Below, piece by piece: positions 9,431 through 19,395 of a stretch of 64,000 nt of DNA (positions are counted from its first letter, which is position 1; each line of letters begins with the position of its first letter). The notes beneath the pieces are model-generated. The model was given only the letters and a program-made list of their open reading frames with translations. It did not search any database and had not been told where the DNA came from. The stretch covers positions 14,043 to 78,042 of the forward strand of contig LCRX01000002.1 in NCBI GenBank assembly GCA_001004885.1, in the 5' to 3' direction. Source of the DNA: Candidatus Magasanikbacteria bacterium GW2011_GWA2_56_11. GTDB lineage: Bacteria > Patescibacteriota > Patescibacteriia > Magasanikbacterales > UBA922. Position numbers and translations under genes: made by a program.

Positions 9431-10383
9431 AAGATTTCCTTTTCTTTCTCCAAGAGCCAGACCAACATAGCTTTTTGCATGTGCAGGCGATTTTCGGCTT
9501 GGTCGAAGATAATTGAATGCGGATGATCGATCGCGTCGCGCGAGATTTCGTAGCCGACGTGGCAGGGCATACAGTGCATAATCCTGGCCGCCGGCGCGTA
9601 ACGTTCAACCGCCTCGGCATTAAGCTGGTAGGGCGCGAACACCCGCAGCCGCCGTTCGTATTCTGATTTGAATTCCGGCCTGACCTGCCCGTTCTCGAAG
9701 AACTCCATATTCATCCACGTATCGGTGTGGACGAAGTCGGCGTCGGTTAACGCTTCGGCCAGATCGGGCGTGCGTTTGACAAGTCCGGTAGCCCCGGCCA
9801 CGGCGTTCAGCTCGGGGTCGACGCTGTTCTTGTCCGCCTCCGGAGCGGCTATGGCTACCTTGATTCCGAGCTTGGCGGCGGCGAGCATGAGCGTATTCGA
9901 AACATTGTTTTCAATGCCGAGCCAGGCGATTTTTTTCACTTTTTCAATCCCGCCGGCCGCTTCAGACATAGTCAACAGGTCGCTTAGGGCCTGGGCCGGA
10001 TGGTATTTTTCGCTGCAAGCGTCGATGACGGGTACGCGGTCGTAGGCCGCGGCAGTAATGACGTCGGCTGCTTTTTGCGCGCGAAACATCAGGATTTGCC
10101 CGAAGCGCATTACGGCCTGGATCTCGTCGCGAAAGTCGGTAAGGGAAAACTGGGTGGTTTTGGCGTCGAGAAATATGGCGTGTCCGCCAAGCTCGGTCAT
10201 GCCCGCCTCGAATGACAGCCGGGTGCGGGTGGAGGTTTTCTGGAACAGCATGATAAGCGTTTGGCGCGGCAGGTAGTTCGTCGGCTCCCCGGCTTGCCGC
10301 CGCCGTTTGATCGTTTCCGCCAGTTTGAGGAGGGTCAGGAGGTCGTCCCGGGTTTGTTCTTTGAGCGATATGAGATGGCGCAT
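9427..10383 (-). CDS. Ornithine-carbamoyltransferase-family protein with a divergent substrate loop, embedded in the pyr operon
   Basis: STRTR, HPAQALSDLLTM, HCMPCH and C-terminal IIFDQAENRLHMQKAM all OTC-like; the canonical DxWxSMG ornithine loop reads DTWMNMEF; ATGA overlap with pyrD. Confidence 0.75.
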   Translation of the reverse strand: MRHLISLKEQTRDDLLTLLKLAETIKRRRQAGEPTNYLPRQTLIMLFQKTSTRTRLSFEAGMTELGGHAIFLDAKTTQFSLTDFRDEIQAVMRFGQILMFRAQKAADVITAAAYDRVPVIDACSEKYHPAQALSDLLTMSEAAGGIEKVKKIAWLGIENNVSNTLMLAAAKLGIKVAIAAPEADKNSVDPELNAVAGATGLVKRTPDLAEALTDADFVHTDTWMNMEFFENGQVRPEFKSEYERRLRVFAPYQLNAEAVERYAPAARIMHCMPCHVGYEISRDAIDHPHSIIFDQAENRLHMQKAMLVWLLEKEKEIL

Positions 10384-10446
10384 AGAGAAAGATTAGCTTA
10401 ATAGTTAAGTTAAGCGTGATCGGATTTTACCCGGCGTTATTTAGCT

Positions 10447-10545
10447 GGGTAAGCGATGGTAATTTAATTTTTTGCCTGCGGAGTAATACCCGCTTCGCTC
10501 TCGCACTCGTCCTCGGCGAAAAATTAAATTACCATCGCTTACCTA
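10447..10545. repeat. Long inverted repeat (25-29-bp arms, 38-bp loop) between pyrC and the OTC-like gene
   Basis: gggtaagcgatggtaatttaattttttgcc … ggcgaaaaattaaattaccatcgcttaccta. Confidence 0.8.
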
Positions 10546-10582
10546 GTCGCGACCGGAGAATCCGGTGGGCGACGGTCGGATA

Positions 10583-11719
10583 TTATAATCTAGAAAGATC
10601 ATGCTGTCGTCCGCGGCAGGTGACGGCGACCGGGAACCCCCGCAATTGCCAGCCGGCAAAGGGCGACCAGGCACATTTGGTTTTTAGGCGTTCAGGCTCG
10701 ATCGGGCGCACGTCGTCAAGGTCAATCGTAACGGTATCGTCATTGGGTGGCAGGCGGAAGATGCGTTCGGGGTTAGTCCGGGTAAGCCTGATAAGTTCGT
10801 CTTTGGCCAGCCGCCCTTCTTCGAGGGCGGTAACGAGGAGCGGCAGCGCAGTTTCGATGCCGGGCACTCCCGAAGGGGCCTCGCCGTAGGGCCGGGTTTT
10901 TTCCGATAGGGTGTGCGGCGCGTGATCCGTGCCGACAGTATCTATGGTGCCGTCGTGAATACCGTCCCAAAGCGCCGCCTGATCCTGATTCTGCCTGAGG
11001 GGCGGGTTCATTTGCGCCTGGGTGCCGAGACGCGAATAAGCTGACACGTTCAAAAACAAATGATGCGGGGTAGCTTCGGCATAGACGCGAAGGCCTTGGC
11101 GTTTGGCGGCGCGTACGGCCGCCACTTCCGCTTTCGTGGACACGTGGAGAATGTAGAGCCGCGTGCCGTAGTCGCGGGCGAAATTGAGCGCTTTTTGGAC
11201 CGCTCTGAGCGCTACCGCCGGCCCCCGAATGCGGGAATGGTCAGCGACGGCGGGGGTCGGGAAACGACGCTGGCGCCGCGCCATTTCCGCTTCGTCCTCG
11301 GCATGGACCGCGAGCAGAATGTCCAAGCGCGCGCACTCGGCAAATATGCGCCGTTGCGTTTCTTCATCGGCCACCGTGAGTCCGCCGGTGCTCGAACCCA
11401 TAAAGAGCTTGACAGCCGTAATTTCGTTTTTGACGTGTTTGAATTCACCCCAGTTTTTTTCCGTGGCGCCGAAATACAGACGATAGCGCAGCGGCAGTCC
11501 GCCGCTTTGGAGCTGGCTCTCGATAAGTTCGCGTTTGGAATAGAGCCGGGCGCGGGATATAACCGGCGGATCATTATTGGGCATGTCGAGGACGGTCGTT
11601 ACTCCGCCCGACAGGGCGGCCCTGGCCCCGCTGGCCCAATCTTCCTTGTGGGCCGCGCCCGGCACGCGGAAATGGACATGGGGATCGATAAGAGCGGGCA
11701 GGGTAAGCAAACGCGTCAT
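10583..11719 (-). CDS. pyrC: Dihydroorotase
   Basis: LIDPHVHFR metal-binding motif and amidohydrolase fold; start at MTRLLTL, 4-nt overlap with pyrI. Confidence 0.85.
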   Translation of the reverse strand: MTRLLTLPALIDPHVHFRVPGAAHKEDWASGARAALSGGVTTVLDMPNNDPPVISRARLYSKRELIESQLQSGGLPLRYRLYFGATEKNWGEFKHVKNEITAVKLFMGSSTGGLTVADEETQRRIFAECARLDILLAVHAEDEAEMARRQRRFPTPAVADHSRIRGPAVALRAVQKALNFARDYGTRLYILHVSTKAEVAAVRAAKRQGLRVYAEATPHHLFLNVSAYSRLGTQAQMNPPLRQNQDQAALWDGIHDGTIDTVGTDHAPHTLSEKTRPYGEAPSGVPGIETALPLLVTALEEGRLAKDELIRLTRTNPERIFRLPPNDDTVTIDLDDVRPIEPERLKTKCAWSPFAGWQLRGFPVAVTCRGRQHDLSRL

Positions 11720-11721
11720 AA

Positions 11722-12174
11722 TTAGCGCAGAGAAACTTCTTCGTGGGAAAATATTTTTTCGCAATAGTGGCAGCGCAGCCGCAGGCGCTCGCCATCCGCC
11801 AGCGGGTAGAACGTGCTCGGGGTTCTCTCGTGGTTGGTAATACAGCGAGAGTTGGGGCAAATGACGAGTTCGGTGAAAACCGGCGGGACGGCGACGGTAA
11901 ATTTTTTTACCACCTTGTGTTCGCGTATGATGTTGATTGTGGCGGTGGGTGCGAAGAGACAAACTTGATTGACTTCGCTCGGGCTGAGCTCCTTGTGCTC
12001 GATTTTAACGATGTCCTTGCGGCCCAGTCTTTTGCTGGTGAAATGGGTGCCCATGGTAAGGACCGTGTTCATGTCGTTTAATTTAAGGGCGGCAATCAGC
12101 CGCAGTCCTTTGCCGTTGGGGATGTGGTCTATGACCGTGCCGTCCTTGATGGCAAAAACTTTATAGGCGCGCAT
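11722..12174 (-). CDS. pyrI: Aspartate carbamoyltransferase regulatory subunit
   Basis: ~150 aa with C-terminal Zn CxxC…CxxC (CPNSRC…CHYC); adjacent to pyrB. Confidence 0.88.
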   Translation of the reverse strand: MRAYKVFAIKDGTVIDHIPNGKGLRLIAALKLNDMNTVLTMGTHFTSKRLGRKDIVKIEHKELSPSEVNQVCLFAPTATINIIREHKVVKKFTVAVPPVFTELVICPNSRCITNHERTPSTFYPLADGERLRLRCHYCEKIFSHEEVSLR

Positions 12175-12233
12175 AATTTTGCGATTGGTTAAGGTTAAAT
12201 GGCGTTGTCCTCCGCTCGCGGCCGGGTGCCGGG

Positions 12234-13154
12234 CTAGAGTTTCCCCAGCACCAGCCCCAGCAGAGCCTGCCGCACATAGAGTCCGTTGGCGGCCTGCTCG
12301 AAATAGTAGGCGTACGGCGTACTGTCTACCGCCGGACTCAGTTCATTGACCCGCGGCAAAGGATGCAGAACGCGCAAATTCGGTTTTGCTTTCGCCAGGA
12401 GCGGCACGTCGAGGACATAGAGATTTTTGGCTTTTTCGTATTCGGAGATGTCGGAGAAACGCTCTTTTTGAATCCGCGTCAGGTAGAGGATGTCCACCTT
12501 GTTTACTACCTCCTCAATAGTTTTTTTGAGGCTGTATTTTATGCCCGCTTCACGCAATTGTTCAAGGAGATGATCGGGCATCTGCAGAAAATCCGGGGCG
12601 ACGAAGTAGAATGTCGGCTGGAAATGGATAAGCGCCTGGGCCAGAGAGTGGACGGTACGTCCGTATTTAAGGTCGCCGACCATGGCAATGGACAAATTGG
12701 TCAGTCTTTTTTGGCATTCCCGGATGGTAAATAGGTCGAGCAGAGTCTGCGTCGGGTGTTGGTTGGCGCCGTCGCCGCCGTTGATGATAGGCTTTTCAGT
12801 CGCCTCGGCTGCCCGCCGGGCGGCGCCGTCCAGGGGATGGCGCATGGTGATGACGTCCGCGTACTGGCCGATAATCCGGATGCTGTCGTACAAGGTTTCG
12901 CCTTTGGTCGCGGAGGAGACGCCAGGATCGGCAAAACCGATAACGCTCCCGCCCAGGCGCTGCATGGCCGTCTCGAAAGATAGCCGTGTTCTGGTCGAGG
13001 GCTCGAAAAAACAGCTGCCCATGACGCAGCCCTTGAGGAGCTCCGGCTCCGGCGCACGCTTGAGTTTTTCGGCCTGGTTCAAGACCAGAAGGATTTCTTT
13101 TTTGTTGAGCTCTTTGATAGAGATGATGTCTCTGCCGGTAAATCCGGTTGGCAT
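12234..13154 (-). CDS. pyrB: Aspartate carbamoyltransferase catalytic subunit
   Basis: [13 protein letters not shown] and LGGSVIGF motifs. Confidence 0.9.
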   Translation of the reverse strand: MPTGFTGRDIISIKELNKKEILLVLNQAEKLKRAPEPELLKGCVMGSCFFEPSTRTRLSFETAMQRLGGSVIGFADPGVSSATKGETLYDSIRIIGQYADVITMRHPLDGAARRAAEATEKPIINGGDGANQHPTQTLLDLFTIRECQKRLTNLSIAMVGDLKYGRTVHSLAQALIHFQPTFYFVAPDFLQMPDHLLEQLREAGIKYSLKKTIEEVVNKVDILYLTRIQKERFSDISEYEKAKNLYVLDVPLLAKAKPNLRVLHPLPRVNELSPAVDSTPYAYYFEQAANGLYVRQALLGLVLGKL

Positions 13155-13176
13155 AGGGGCGCATTAGAGTTAGATA

Positions 13177-13210
13177 TAAAAAAGACCACCCGGACGGGTG
13201 GTCTAAAGAT
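13177..13210 (-). terminator. Rho-independent terminator downstream of gatB
   Basis: On minus strand: gaccacccgtccgggtggtc followed by tttttta. Confidence 0.6.
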
Positions 13211-13326
13211 ACGCAGGTTTGCTCTCGCAGAGGCAGGATGGGCGGTTCATCTTCATATTAAACTAAGTTTAACACACGGGGCCGCCAGCGCGCAATAGCG
13301 GCTGTGTATACGCCCGGCAAATTTGA

Positions 13327-14895
13327 TTATTTGTCGAGTTCGGCACGCAGGAGTTTTTCCACCACTGCCGGCTCGGCGCCGCCCTCCGTGGCTTTCATTA
13401 CCATGCCTTTGAGGAAGTGGAAAACCGGTTCTTTCCCGGCCCGGTATTGCTCTACCTGCGCGGGATAGCTATTAATGACCGCCGATATTATGGCCGCTAG
13501 AGCGACCTCGTCGTTTATTTGGCCATAGCCCTTTTCTTCCATAATATGGGTGGGATCTATATCTGTGCCGGCGGCGACCATTTCGGCCAGAATTTTGGTG
13601 GCGCCGCCCGCATTTATGCGGCCGGCGTAGAGCAGCGCCACGAGTTCGGCAAAATTTTCCGGCGAGACTTTCAGGCGGCGGATATCTTTTTTATGTTCGT
13701 GCAAAAGACCCAGGAGTTTGTTCGTGAGCCAATTGCCGGCCAGCCGGGCGATTTTTGCCTTTTTTTGTTCCTTGACGTCGCCAGTATCAGACGCGGTTTC
13801 GTCCAGGCTGCATACCCAGTCAATAATTTCAGACATCACCGCATCGGTATAGTCGGAGAGAAACTTGTCGTCGGTGAGGATTTTGGCATCGGAGTAGGAA
13901 AAGCCGTATTCTTCGCGGAAGCGGGCGCGCCGCGCCGCCGGCAGCTCTGGGAGCAGGCTGTCGCCCGCGAGCGCTAGCGGGTGGAAAGGAGGAATGTCGG
14001 GTTCCGGGAAGTACCGATAGTCGGCGGCGTTTTCTTTGGCGCGTTGGGGCAGAGTTTCGCCGGTGTCCTCGTCCCAGCCGCGCGTCTCCTGAGGCCAGCT
14101 TTCGCCGGCCCCGATCAACCGGGTTTGGCGACCGATTTCAAACTCGATGGCCCGCTCCACGGCCCGGAATGAGTTGATGTTTTTAACTTCGACCTTGTTG
14201 TTGAGGCGGCAGCCGCCGAGCGGCCGGACTGCGCCCGATGCGATTTCAAAACTGCCGGCCGCCTGAACCGAAATATTGGCTTCAACGCGCATTTGTCCTT
14301 TCTCCATATCGGCATCGCTGACGCCCAGGTAACGCAGGATGGTTTGCAGTTCCTGGGCGAAAGTTTTGGCCTCAAGCGCGGTTTTGAAATCCGGGTCGGT
14401 AACAATTTCGACGAGCGGCGCGCCGGAGCGGTTGAAATCCACGAGCGTGGCGCCGTCTTGGTCGTGGAGCAGCCGGGCGGTATCTTCTTCCAAATGCGCC
14501 CGGCGGATGCCGATCTCTGCCTCATCCCGGGTGTTCGTTTCCAGGGGGAAGGCGAGGGTTAGCGTTCCCCGTTCGGCTATCGGTTCGTCATACTGCGATA
14601 TTTGGTAGCCTTTGGGCAAGTCCGGGTAAAAGTAATGTTTGCGGTCGAATTTGGACAGCTCGCGGATAGAACATCCGAGAGCGCGGCCTACCTTGACGGC
14701 GGCGACGATGGCCGCCCGGTTCGGCACCGGAAGAGTACCCGGATGCGCCAGACAGACCGGACAAACATGGCGGTTGGGTTCGCCCGCCCCCGGGTCGTTC
14801 GAACAGGAGCAGAACATCTTGCTCTTTGTATTCAGTTCGACGTGGATTTCCAGGCCGATAATCGGCACGAGGGTAGGAATAGGGAGGTGGCTCAT
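13327..14895 (-). CDS. gatB: Asp/Glu-tRNA(Asn/Gln) amidotransferase subunit B
   Basis: IGLEIHVELNTKSKMFCSC…HVCPVCL and C-terminal GatB/YqeY domain; start at MSHLPIP. Confidence 0.9.
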   Translation of the reverse strand: MSHLPIPTLVPIIGLEIHVELNTKSKMFCSCSNDPGAGEPNRHVCPVCLAHPGTLPVPNRAAIVAAVKVGRALGCSIRELSKFDRKHYFYPDLPKGYQISQYDEPIAERGTLTLAFPLETNTRDEAEIGIRRAHLEEDTARLLHDQDGATLVDFNRSGAPLVEIVTDPDFKTALEAKTFAQELQTILRYLGVSDADMEKGQMRVEANISVQAAGSFEIASGAVRPLGGCRLNNKVEVKNINSFRAVERAIEFEIGRQTRLIGAGESWPQETRGWDEDTGETLPQRAKENAADYRYFPEPDIPPFHPLALAGDSLLPELPAARRARFREEYGFSYSDAKILTDDKFLSDYTDAVMSEIIDWVCSLDETASDTGDVKEQKKAKIARLAGNWLTNKLLGLLHEHKKDIRRLKVSPENFAELVALLYAGRINAGGATKILAEMVAAGTDIDPTHIMEEKGYGQINDEVALAAIISAVINSYPAQVEQYRAGKEPVFHFLKGMVMKATEGGAEPAVVEKLLRAELDK

Positions 14896-14969
14896 ATGCG
14901 CAGAGTTTACCACGCCGGCCGCGCTATTGAAAAGACCCTGGGCCAAGCGGCACGGGGTCTTTTTTGGTT

Positions 14970-15770
14970 TTAGGCCTGGGCAGCCTCGGCCGGTGGGGTA
15001 AAGAGCGGCGTACGTTTGAGTTCCAGGTAAAGTATGGTCGGAGCCGCGGTAAAGAGGGGCAGAAATACCAGCGAAATTATCGCGGCCAGGATGTTGAGGC
15101 CGATTAAGTTGAATTGAATGGTGCCGGACATGGAATTGCCCTGGCCTAATAAGGTGTTGACGAGAACCGAGCCGTATATCATGCCAATAAACGCCTGTAA
15201 GACCAACAAGACAGCCATGAAGGCCAGAGCCGGCGCCAAAAGGCGCCAGAGTACCGCGCCCCAGCGCCCCCTAACCAACTGTTTGCTGTAAGAGAGAGCC
15301 TGGGTACCTTTTTTATTATCGAGGATGACAGCGTGCGTGGAAAAAGCAAACCAAATAGAGAAGATAATTCCTGGTATGACGAGGAGAATAACGCCGCTAA
15401 GAATCGCGAGGACCGTCAGGATTACCACCAGGATAGCGGCGGGCATGGTCGCCAGGCCGGACGACAGCTCGGCTTTGGCGCCAAGCGGCTGGTTGTTGAG
15501 GTAGCGCGCGGCGAGGCCGCGGGTAAAGGCCAGAGAAATCCACAGCTCGGCTATGCCGAGCACAATGGCGGCCAGTACTAGCCAGACAGAACCGCCGCTG
15601 TAGCTCTCAGCTATTGACTGCTCCAAATTGTCCGGGAGCATGTAGACTTCGATGAAGCTGCTTAGGATATAGGGTACGGCCATGATACCCATGTAGGTGA
15701 GACACAGATGCCAGTTGTCGCGGTACAGGGCGATGCTCCGGCGTATGATCTCGGAAGCGGAAATTATCAT
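14970..15770 (-). CDS. Hypothetical polytopic membrane protein
   Basis: 266 aa with about 6 hydrophobic helices; no catalytic motif recognised. Confidence 0.55.
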   Translation of the reverse strand: MIISASEIIRRSIALYRDNWHLCLTYMGIMAVPYILSSFIEVYMLPDNLEQSIAESYSGGSVWLVLAAIVLGIAELWISLAFTRGLAARYLNNQPLGAKAELSSGLATMPAAILVVILTVLAILSGVILLVIPGIIFSIWFAFSTHAVILDNKKGTQALSYSKQLVRGRWGAVLWRLLAPALAFMAVLLVLQAFIGMIYGSVLVNTLLGQGNSMSGTIQFNLIGLNILAAIISLVFLPLFTAAPTILYLELKRTPLFTPPAEAAQA

Positions 15771-15794
15771 AGATAAAAAATAAAAAAAGACTAA

Positions 15795-16490
15795 TTAGGG
15801 GGTAGGGTGGGAGCGAATCTGCTCCTCGGCATAGGCAAAAATTTGGTTATGGATATCTTGTATGGCCCGCAGACGGCCGTCGGAGACGCACTCGATGACA
15901 TGGAATTGGCAGAAAAGACGGGAAATTTCCAGGTACGTGGCTTCGGCGCGGGCCAGGTGCCCCAGATCATCTTCGTGGATATCGCGGCTTTTGCCGTGCA
16001 AGTAGGCGCGGGCGTCTTTTTCGTCCACAAGTTTTTGGGAAATCTCAGGCGTAACGTGCAAGACGATGTTGACGTCCGGCTTGGGGATGCCAAATATATT
16101 ATACTCCAGATCGTATACCCAGGTAAAATAGCGGTTACGCTCCTCGGGAGTAGAGATTTTTCCACCCTGGTGGCCGAGGCTCGCACCCACGTAGCGGTTC
16201 GAGACCACAATTTTACCTTCGTCGAGCCAGCGGCGAATCGTGGTACTGGCAGCATAGCGGTCGATAGCGTAAAAAATCGAGGCGCGGTAAGGGCCGACAT
16301 CCTCAGCCGAACCGAAAGCGCCGTTCAGATAGTCCTCGACCATGGCCGCGCTGCGCTCGCCGTAGCGAGGGAAGCTAATGGTTTCAACGGCGTAGCCTGC
16401 TTGGCGCAGTCTTTCCACCAGGAGTTCGGTTTGGGTGGTTTTGCCGGAGCCGTCCGTGCCGTCGATAGTGATGAAAAATCCCTGGGGCAT
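15795..16490 (-). CDS. tmk: Thymidylate kinase
   Basis: FITIDGTDGSGKTTQ P-loop, DRY motif. Confidence 0.9.
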   Translation of the reverse strand: MPQGFFITIDGTDGSGKTTQTELLVERLRQAGYAVETISFPRYGERSAAMVEDYLNGAFGSAEDVGPYRASIFYAIDRYAASTTIRRWLDEGKIVVSNRYVGASLGHQGGKISTPEERNRYFTWVYDLEYNIFGIPKPDVNIVLHVTPEISQKLVDEKDARAYLHGKSRDIHEDDLGHLARAEATYLEISRLFCQFHVIECVSDGRLRAIQDIHNQIFAYAEEQIRSHPTP

Positions 16491-16496
16491 AAGCGG

Positions 16497-16970
16497 CTAT
16501 ATTCTGGCGTAGGTAACAAATTCGAAATTGCCGCGCGATTCTCGTTCGGTAGGCTCCCACTGCTGGGGGTTTATTTCGGGGAAAAAAGCATCACCGTCCA
16601 CAATTTGGTGCACGTGAGTGATGTATAACCGGTCGGCCCGGTCGATAGTCTGCCGGTATATGTCCGCCCCGCCGATTATCATAATCTCTTCGTCCGGGTG
16701 CGCGGCGATGGCCTCGTCAATCGCGGCATACCGTTCGACGCCGCCCGGCGCCGGATAGTCTGCCTGCCGCGTAATCACCATGTTTGTCCGTTGCGGCAGC
16801 GGCCGGAATTTGTCCGGGATCGATTCCCAGGTTTTGCGTCCCATGAGCACTGGTTTTCCTAGGGTCAGATCCCGGAAGTGCTGCATGTCTTCGGGGATAT
16901 GCCAGGGGAGGCGGCCCTTTTTGCCGATGCAGTTGTTGTCGGAGACGGCGGCGATGAGGGAGAGGGGCAT
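16497..16970 (-). CDS. folA: Dihydrofolate reductase
   Basis: LIAAVSDNNCIGKKGRLPW…VLMGRKTWESIP…IIGGADIY. Confidence 0.9.
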   Translation of the reverse strand: MPLSLIAAVSDNNCIGKKGRLPWHIPEDMQHFRDLTLGKPVLMGRKTWESIPDKFRPLPQRTNMVITRQADYPAPGGVERYAAIDEAIAAHPDEEIMIIGGADIYRQTIDRADRLYITHVHQIVDGDAFFPEINPQQWEPTERESRGNFEFVTYARI

Positions 16971-16991
16971 AAACTCTTAAAGTATCCCGAA

Positions 16992-17612
16992 TTATTCGGA
17001 AAGTAACACCATTACTGCCAGCCCGGCGTAGACGATAAAGAAGGCCAAGCCCCATTGGTTCCATTTCCTTTGTTTGGTCAAAAAATCATCTACGCTGACC
17101 CATTTGTTTTTTTGCCAGGCCCATTCATTTCCTTTTCGTCCCATCACGATCCACCAGATGTACCCCCAAAATGGGATTAATCCCAAAAGGGATATCCAGA
17201 CGCTGTGGTATGCGCCCCAAATCCAGCCCAGCCCGGCCGCGCCCCAGCTCCATTTTTTGATTTCGGGCGGTATTTCCGACAAATGATTATTTCCCGAGCG
17301 TTTGTCATATTGTGCCCCCGGTTTCAGTTCCTTTTTGGTGAGGAAAATAATACCCAGGGGAATACCAATGAGTAGAGCGATTACGCCCACGAGGCCGATA
17401 AAGGCGAGGGTGACGTTGAACACCCCCCGCACCGTTTCGCTGACCCACAATTCAGTGGTGGCGTATGTCAAAATCGCAAACACGATCGGAGTAGCCACCA
17501 AAAGGCCAGCGGGAACCGTGAGCCAAAGAATGCCGGCCTTTCGGTTTTTTTCCGATCTCACGTAGATACTATCCGGCGTGTCGTTTTTTTTTGACAGGGG
17601 AGTTTCCACCAT
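16992..17612 (-). CDS. Hypothetical membrane protein (Trp-rich, 4-5 helices)
   Basis: Hydrophobic segments; no homology recognised. Confidence 0.5.
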   Translation of the reverse strand: MVETPLSKKNDTPDSIYVRSEKNRKAGILWLTVPAGLLVATPIVFAILTYATTELWVSETVRGVFNVTLAFIGLVGVIALLIGIPLGIIFLTKKELKPGAQYDKRSGNNHLSEIPPEIKKWSWGAAGLGWIWGAYHSVWISLLGLIPFWGYIWWIVMGRKGNEWAWQKNKWVSVDDFLTKQRKWNQWGLAFFIVYAGLAVMVLLSE

Positions 17613-17621
17613 AGGTTTATT

Positions 17622-18014
17622 TTAATTTAGCAGTCGAATTAGAGTTTCCGCGTCCGGAACCACTTTGTCTATGAGTGTGTCCCGGCAGGGGTCGCCGGTT
17701 TTGGTCGAGAGGGCGAATATCGGCTTGCCGAGCGCGGCGGCGTAGCCCATCTCCAGGGTAACGCTCACGCCGGCGTAGCTATCTTTATTATACACGAAAC
17801 AGACGTCAGCTTTGCGGATCCAGTCGAAATGCTCGAGAGTCAACCCTTTGAAGATCATCCTTGTAACGTGCTCCGAGTGGAAAAAAGAGTCTTCGGGAAT
17901 CGGACTTTGCACGTTGGGCTCGTACACCAAAACGCCGGCTTCCTCGAGCGCCCGGCAGAATTCTTTGATTTCATCTTTGTATTTTTTTGAGCCGCAGACG
18001 ACAACGGATTTCAT
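17622..18014 (-). CDS. Nucleoside 2-deoxyribosyltransferase-like / DNPH1 (Rcl)-like protein
   Basis: 130 aa; N-terminal VVVCGS and SVTLEMGYAAALGKPIFAL resemble the Rcl/NDT fold (…SLGVGYELG…). Confidence 0.55.
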   Translation of the reverse strand: MKSVVVCGSKKYKDEIKEFCRALEEAGVLVYEPNVQSPIPEDSFFHSEHVTRMIFKGLTLEHFDWIRKADVCFVYNKDSYAGVSVTLEMGYAAALGKPIFALSTKTGDPCRDTLIDKVVPDAETLIRLLN

Positions 18015-18015
18015 A

Positions 18016-19395
18016 CTAATTTATGGCCAAGAGCATTAGATCGCCGACATTGGTGCCGGTCGGACCGGTAAGAATATGGCCGGCTGTTTTTTTAAAGAAA
18101 TGGTAAGAATCATTGCGAAGCAGGTACTTGGTCGGATCCAACCGGAGTTGATTGGCTGCGGATAAGCTCTGGCTGTCCGCCAGGGCGCCGGCCACCGGCC
18201 GCGGCGTCAAGCCGTCTACCCCGTCGGTTCCGAAGGAAGCAATGGTTAAGCCGCTTTTAAGATAGGGCATAGCCGCGAGTACGAGTTCCTGGTTTCGTCC
18301 CCCTTTGCCCGGGCCGCGGATGGTAACGGTTGTCTCCCCACCCGCTACTAGGAGCGCTGGACGGCGTACTGGGCGACCATAGGCTTGGATGTGGGAGCCG
18401 ATAGCGGTAAGCGTTTTCGCCACTTCGCGCGCTTCACCGAATAGGGAGCTGGTGAGCTCGAGTGTTTGATATCCGAGTTCTTTTCCTTTTTGGACAGCGG
18501 CGCTAACCGCTGTCTGGTGGTTGGCGATGGTAAAATTGACCAGGCGGCCGGAGCAGAAAGCCGCGTGACCCTGGTCCGGAGTTTCCGGCCGTTCTCCCTG
18601 GTTGCCTTTTTGTAGTCGGTCGCGAACCGCCGCTGGCACCTGTCGCCAGATGCCGTGGCGTTCCAGTATGCGCCGGGCGTCGGCAAAGGTCGACGGGTCG
18701 GGCGCGGTTGGGCCAGAGGCCTGGATATCCAGGCTATCGCCAATGATGTCGGAGATATAGATGGCGGCGAGAGTGGCGGGATAGGCGAGGCTGGCAAATT
18801 GGCCGCCCTTGATCTGGGATAGGTGCTTGCGCACGATGTTTATTTCGTGAATGGTGGCGCTGGTTTTGAGTAAAAGCGAGGTGACGGCAATTTTATCGCG
18901 CAGGGATATGTCCGCGGCCGGCAAAGGCATGAGCGCCGAACCGCCGCCGGAAATGACGGCAAGGACAAGATCATCGGCTTGCGCGGCGGCGATAATTTTT
19001 TTGATGCGCTTCGCGCCCTGTACGCCGCGGTTGTCGGGTATCGGATGCCGGGCTACCTGGGCGGTAATTTTTTTGAGCCGGCCGGAGAGTGGCGGCGCGG
19101 GAATGTTGATGTGGCCGCAGGTAATTTTTTCTCCCAACACGTTTTCAGCCGCCCGGGCCATATCGTAGACTGCCTTGCCCGCGCCGACGACGTAAATGTG
19201 TTGGTAGTCAGCCAGATTGAAAGTAGCTTTGCCGGCGACTGTGAGCCGTTCGTTTTTGAGTTTGAGATTGTTTCGTACCAGCTCGTAGGGGTCAATTGCT
19301 TTGAGCACGGACTCAATAATCGCGCACAGATCACGGCGCGCTCGGCGTCCACTCGGCGTGCCGCGCGAACAGAGCTCGTGGGTATTATTGATCAT
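18016..19395 (-). CDS. Glycerate kinase, MOFRL family (glycerate 2-kinase-like)
   Basis: YVVGAGKA, AVISGGGSALM, LVAGGETTVT, TDGVDG motifs. Confidence 0.8.
   Translation of the reverse strand: MINNTHELCSRGTPSGRRARRDLCAIIESVLKAIDPYELVRNNLKLKNERLTVAGKATFNLADYQHIYVVGAGKAVYDMARAAENVLGEKITCGHINIPAPPLSGRLKKITAQVARHPIPDNRGVQGAKRIKKIIAAAQADDLVLAVISGGGSALMPLPAADISLRDKIAVTSLLLKTSATIHEINIVRKHLSQIKGGQFASLAYPATLAAIYISDIIGDSLDIQASGPTAPDPSTFADARRILERHGIWRQVPAAVRDRLQKGNQGERPETPDQGHAAFCSGRLVNFTIANHQTAVSAAVQKGKELGYQTLELTSSLFGEAREVAKTLTAIGSHIQAYGRPVRRPALLVAGGETTVTIRGPGKGGRNQELVLAAMPYLKSGLTIASFGTDGVDGLTPRPVAGALADSQSLSAANQLRLDPTKYLLRNDSYHFFKKTAGHILTGPTGTNVGDLMLLAIN

Noticed and set aside
14932-14965. Terminator between the membrane-protein gene and gatB
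   Set aside because: The hairpin aagaccc…gggtctt is followed by a T-run only on the + strand, where there is no upstream gene. On the coding (minus) strand the U-tract is weak. More likely an intra-operon stem-loop than a terminator.
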